Shown here piece after piece: positions 61,511 through 64,000 of a DNA stretch of 64,000 bases. The notes beneath the pieces were generated by a model. It was not told the DNA's origin. It ran no database searches and saw nothing but the letters and a program-made list of their open reading frames with translations. Numbering within the stretch: the stretch's first letter is position 1; the number at the start of each line of letters is the position of its first letter. The DNA is from an uncultured delta proteobacterium (GTDB lineage: Bacteria; Desulfobacterota; Desulfobacteria; Desulfobacterales; B30-G6): positions 64,001 through 128,000 of the forward strand of contig CAWGLD010000007.1 of assembly GCA_963823335.1 (NCBI GenBank), written 5' to 3'. Made by a program: the position numbers and the translations under genes.

Positions 61511-62553
61511 TTCTCTTGAAAATTAATTCTCGGATCGATGAGAACATAACAAAAATCTGACAGGATATTGCCGATGAGCCCCAATATGGCGGTAATGGAA
61601 AGGATCCCCATGAAAACCGGATAATCTCTCCCCACAATGGCTTCGAGACTCAAGCGACCCATTCCGGGGATTTCAAAGACCTGCTCGATGATCACGGAAC
61701 CGGCAAACATGACCGTGAGGATGGATCCGAAACCGGTTGCAATGGGAACCAGGGAATTCCTCAGGGCATGTCCCCAGATGGCCCGGGAAAAACTGCCGCC
61801 CTTGGCCAGTACCGTACGGATATAATCTTTCCCGATCTGCTCAATGAGAGAATTTTTCATTAGCAGTGTCAGCACGGCGAAATTGCCGATCACATAGCAC
61901 AGGATCGGCAAGAACATGTGCTGGAAAATATCCTTTGTTTTGCCCCAATACGTGAGTTGGCCAAACTGGTCCGAATGAAAGCCTGAAATCGGAAATATAT
62001 CCCACAACCCTTCCACCGTACCGGCAAGAAGCATTTTGAGCACCATGCCAAAGGCAAAAGGCGGAATAGCATATCCCACAAAAACGACGATGCTCGAAAC
62101 AATGTCAAAAGATCGGTCGTGGTGTAAGGCCTTGAAAATGCCCAGAGGGATACAGACCAGATAAGATAGAATAAAACCGGTGATCCCAAAAACCAGGGAC
62201 ACCTTGAATCGTTCCTGGATCAACTGCCACGATGTTTTGTTGGGAAATCGATAGGATTCCATCTTCATACCCATACGATCCGTTACAAGCCACTTCCAGT
62301 ATCTTTTATAGAACGGCTGATCGAACCCGAAATGCGCTTCAATGGCTTTGCGCTGATCCGCTGAAATACTTGTGGCTGCCCCGGCACCTCCACCGGATTC
62401 CGAGGCACCGATACCACCACGCATCTGCATGATGGCCTGCTCCACAGGACCCCCGGGAACAAACTGAATGACGGCAAAACAGAGCAGCGTAATCCCCAGG
62501 AAAGTGGGAATCACGAGTAGAAACCGCCGGATGAAATAATCGATTCTTTCCAT
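61507..62553 (-). CDS. ABC transporter permease (YejB-like)
   Basis: QFVPGGPVEQ, HALRNSL and RDYPV motifs. Confidence 0.9.
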   Translation of the reverse strand: MERIDYFIRRFLLVIPTFLGITLLCFAVIQFVPGGPVEQAIMQMRGGIGASESGGGAGAATSISADQRKAIEAHFGFDQPFYKRYWKWLVTDRMGMKMESYRFPNKTSWQLIQERFKVSLVFGITGFILSYLVCIPLGIFKALHHDRSFDIVSSIVVFVGYAIPPFAFGMVLKMLLAGTVEGLWDIFPISGFHSDQFGQLTYWGKTKDIFQHMFLPILCYVIGNFAVLTLLMKNSLIEQIGKDYIRTVLAKGGSFSRAIWGHALRNSLVPIATGFGSILTVMFAGSVIIEQVFEIPGMGRLSLEAIVGRDYPVFMGILSITAILGLIGNILSDFCYVLIDPRINFQEN

Positions 62554-62705
62554 GCCTTGCTTATAGCACTAGGCGACTGACATTTTCAATAGGCTGTTAG
62601 GTTGTAGACTATTAGACTGTCTATCTATACTTGCCGCTTGCTTTTTTTCCTCAAAATCGAATAGACTCTTGTCACTATTTTATGAAACCAGCCTGAAAGG
62701 AAACC

Positions 62706-63935
62706 ATGACCGCTCCAGACCCTGCAACGCAGTTTCAGACCGATGATAACGTTCCAGCTATAGAACTGAAAACCCGTATTGCCGCACTGCAAAAGCGCCT
62801 TTCCCGCAACAAAGTGGATGCCGCGCTGATTCTTCAAAGCAGTGACCTTTACTACTTTTCCGGCACCACCCAGCAGGGCCACCTCTATGTACCGGTTGAC
62901 GCCCCGCCGATTCTGATGGTGCGCAAGAGTATCCATCGGGCCACAGCGGAGTCGAATCTGGATAGGATCCTTCCCATATCCGGTCTTTCCCGGCTTCGAT
63001 CCATTTTAAAAGACAATGGCTGCAAGGCGCCCCGGACCCTGGGCATGGAACTGGATGTGCTCCCTGTCAACCTGTATCACAAATACCGGGATCTTTTTGG
63101 TCAAGCCCGAATCGTCGATGTATCCCACGACATCCGGATGGTCAGATCCGTCAAATCCCTGTTTGAGATAGATCGCATAACCCAGGCTGCCGCGTTCTCA
63201 GATCAGGTGGCCTCTTTTGTAAAAGAAGAACTTCGGGAAGGGATCACCGAAATTGAACTGGCAGGCAAAGTCGAAGCCAGGGCCAGGAAACTAGGCCACC
63301 AGGGCATGGTGCGTATGCGCTTGTGGGGCAGCGAAATGTTTTACGGACACCTCATGTGCGGTGCATCGGCAGCCGTTCCCAGCGCCCTCGCCTCCCCCAC
63401 CGGCGGCATGGCCACGAGCCCGGCATTTTCCCAGGGCCCCGGTTTCAAAAAAATCCAGCGTCATGAACCCATTCTTTTCGACTATGTCTTTGCCTACAAG
63501 GGCTATCTGGCAGACCACACACGGATCTTTTCATTGGGCAGTCTTCCCGATGAGATGCTGAATGCGCATCAGGCCATGCTGGACCTGCAATCTCTGCTGA
63601 TAAAAAAGATGCTGCCGGGTGTCCCTGCCGGTCATGTCTACGACATGGCCATGGCCTTCGTCGACAAGTCCGGTCATGGTCGTTTTTTTATGGGTGCTGA
63701 AAAACAACGCATCCGTTTCATCGGACATGGTCTAGGGCTGGAGCTGGATGAATATCCATTCTTAGCCCAGGGGCAGCAACTCCGTCTCCAGGAAAACATG
63801 GTCATCGCCCTGGAACCGAAACTCGTCATTCCCGGAAAAGGGGTGGTGGGGGTGGAAAACACCCATGTGGTCACACCCGATGGATTGCGGTCCTTGACCA
63901 CCTATCCCGAGGAGATAGAAATTCTTCGATGGTAA
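62706..63935 (+). CDS. Xaa-Pro peptidase (M24 family)
   Basis: DHTR, GHGLGLE, EPK and GVENT motifs. Confidence 0.92.
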   Translation: MTAPDPATQFQTDDNVPAIELKTRIAALQKRLSRNKVDAALILQSSDLYYFSGTTQQGHLYVPVDAPPILMVRKSIHRATAESNLDRILPISGLSRLRSILKDNGCKAPRTLGMELDVLPVNLYHKYRDLFGQARIVDVSHDIRMVRSVKSLFEIDRITQAAAFSDQVASFVKEELREGITEIELAGKVEARARKLGHQGMVRMRLWGSEMFYGHLMCGASAAVPSALASPTGGMATSPAFSQGPGFKKIQRHEPILFDYVFAYKGYLADHTRIFSLGSLPDEMLNAHQAMLDLQSLLIKKMLPGVPAGHVYDMAMAFVDKSGHGRFFMGAEKQRIRFIGHGLGLELDEYPFLAQGQQLRLQENMVIALEPKLVIPGKGVVGVENTHVVTPDGLRSLTTYPEEIEILRW

Positions 63936-64000
63936 CAACAGCTCAATAAATCTGACGAGTCTCATATGAACCTTCCCTGAAAAACGGCTTGTTTTAATAC

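Noticed and set aside
1-64000. Selenocysteine (TGA) read-through genes
   Set aside because: I found no TGA-split gene with homologous continuation.

Overview
Bacterial chromosomal window; gene content suggests an anaerobic deltaproteobacterium such as Desulfobacterales (inference). Bases 1-36 kb form a catabolic island for methylated amines, osmolytes and small organics. It holds two dimethylamine:corrinoid methyltransferase (MtbB-family) genes, each split by an in-frame TAG at the canonical pyrrolysine position, and two pyrrolysine-free MttB-superfamily genes. It also holds a Thr-type sulfatase-like hydrolase, a ygcW/E/U/R/Q-like cluster, an ABC substrate-binding protein, and an operon with TetR, acyl-CoA dehydrogenase, ETF, a 4-hydroxybutyryl-CoA dehydratase-like protein, homocysteine methyltransferase, CoA ligase and a QueG-like protein. 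Bases 37-53 kb are mostly housekeeping (folE2, ttcA, rpoZ, greA, asd, pssA, psd, tsaB, lon, pilD, mrp, larE). Bases 53-64 kb are a Yej/Opp-type ABC transporter locus. It is interrupted by a two-gene cassette: a ParA ATPase fused to a glycogen-binding CBM48-like domain, plus a partner with the ParB N-terminal LGRGL motif, behind a sigma70 promoter with tandem NrdR-like boxes. Intergenic DNA carries several small repeat families, including four-helix-bundle genes framed by inverted short tandem repeats and apparent empty versions of the same element. No rRNA, tRNA (including tRNA-Pyl), pyl genes or CRISPR array were seen.
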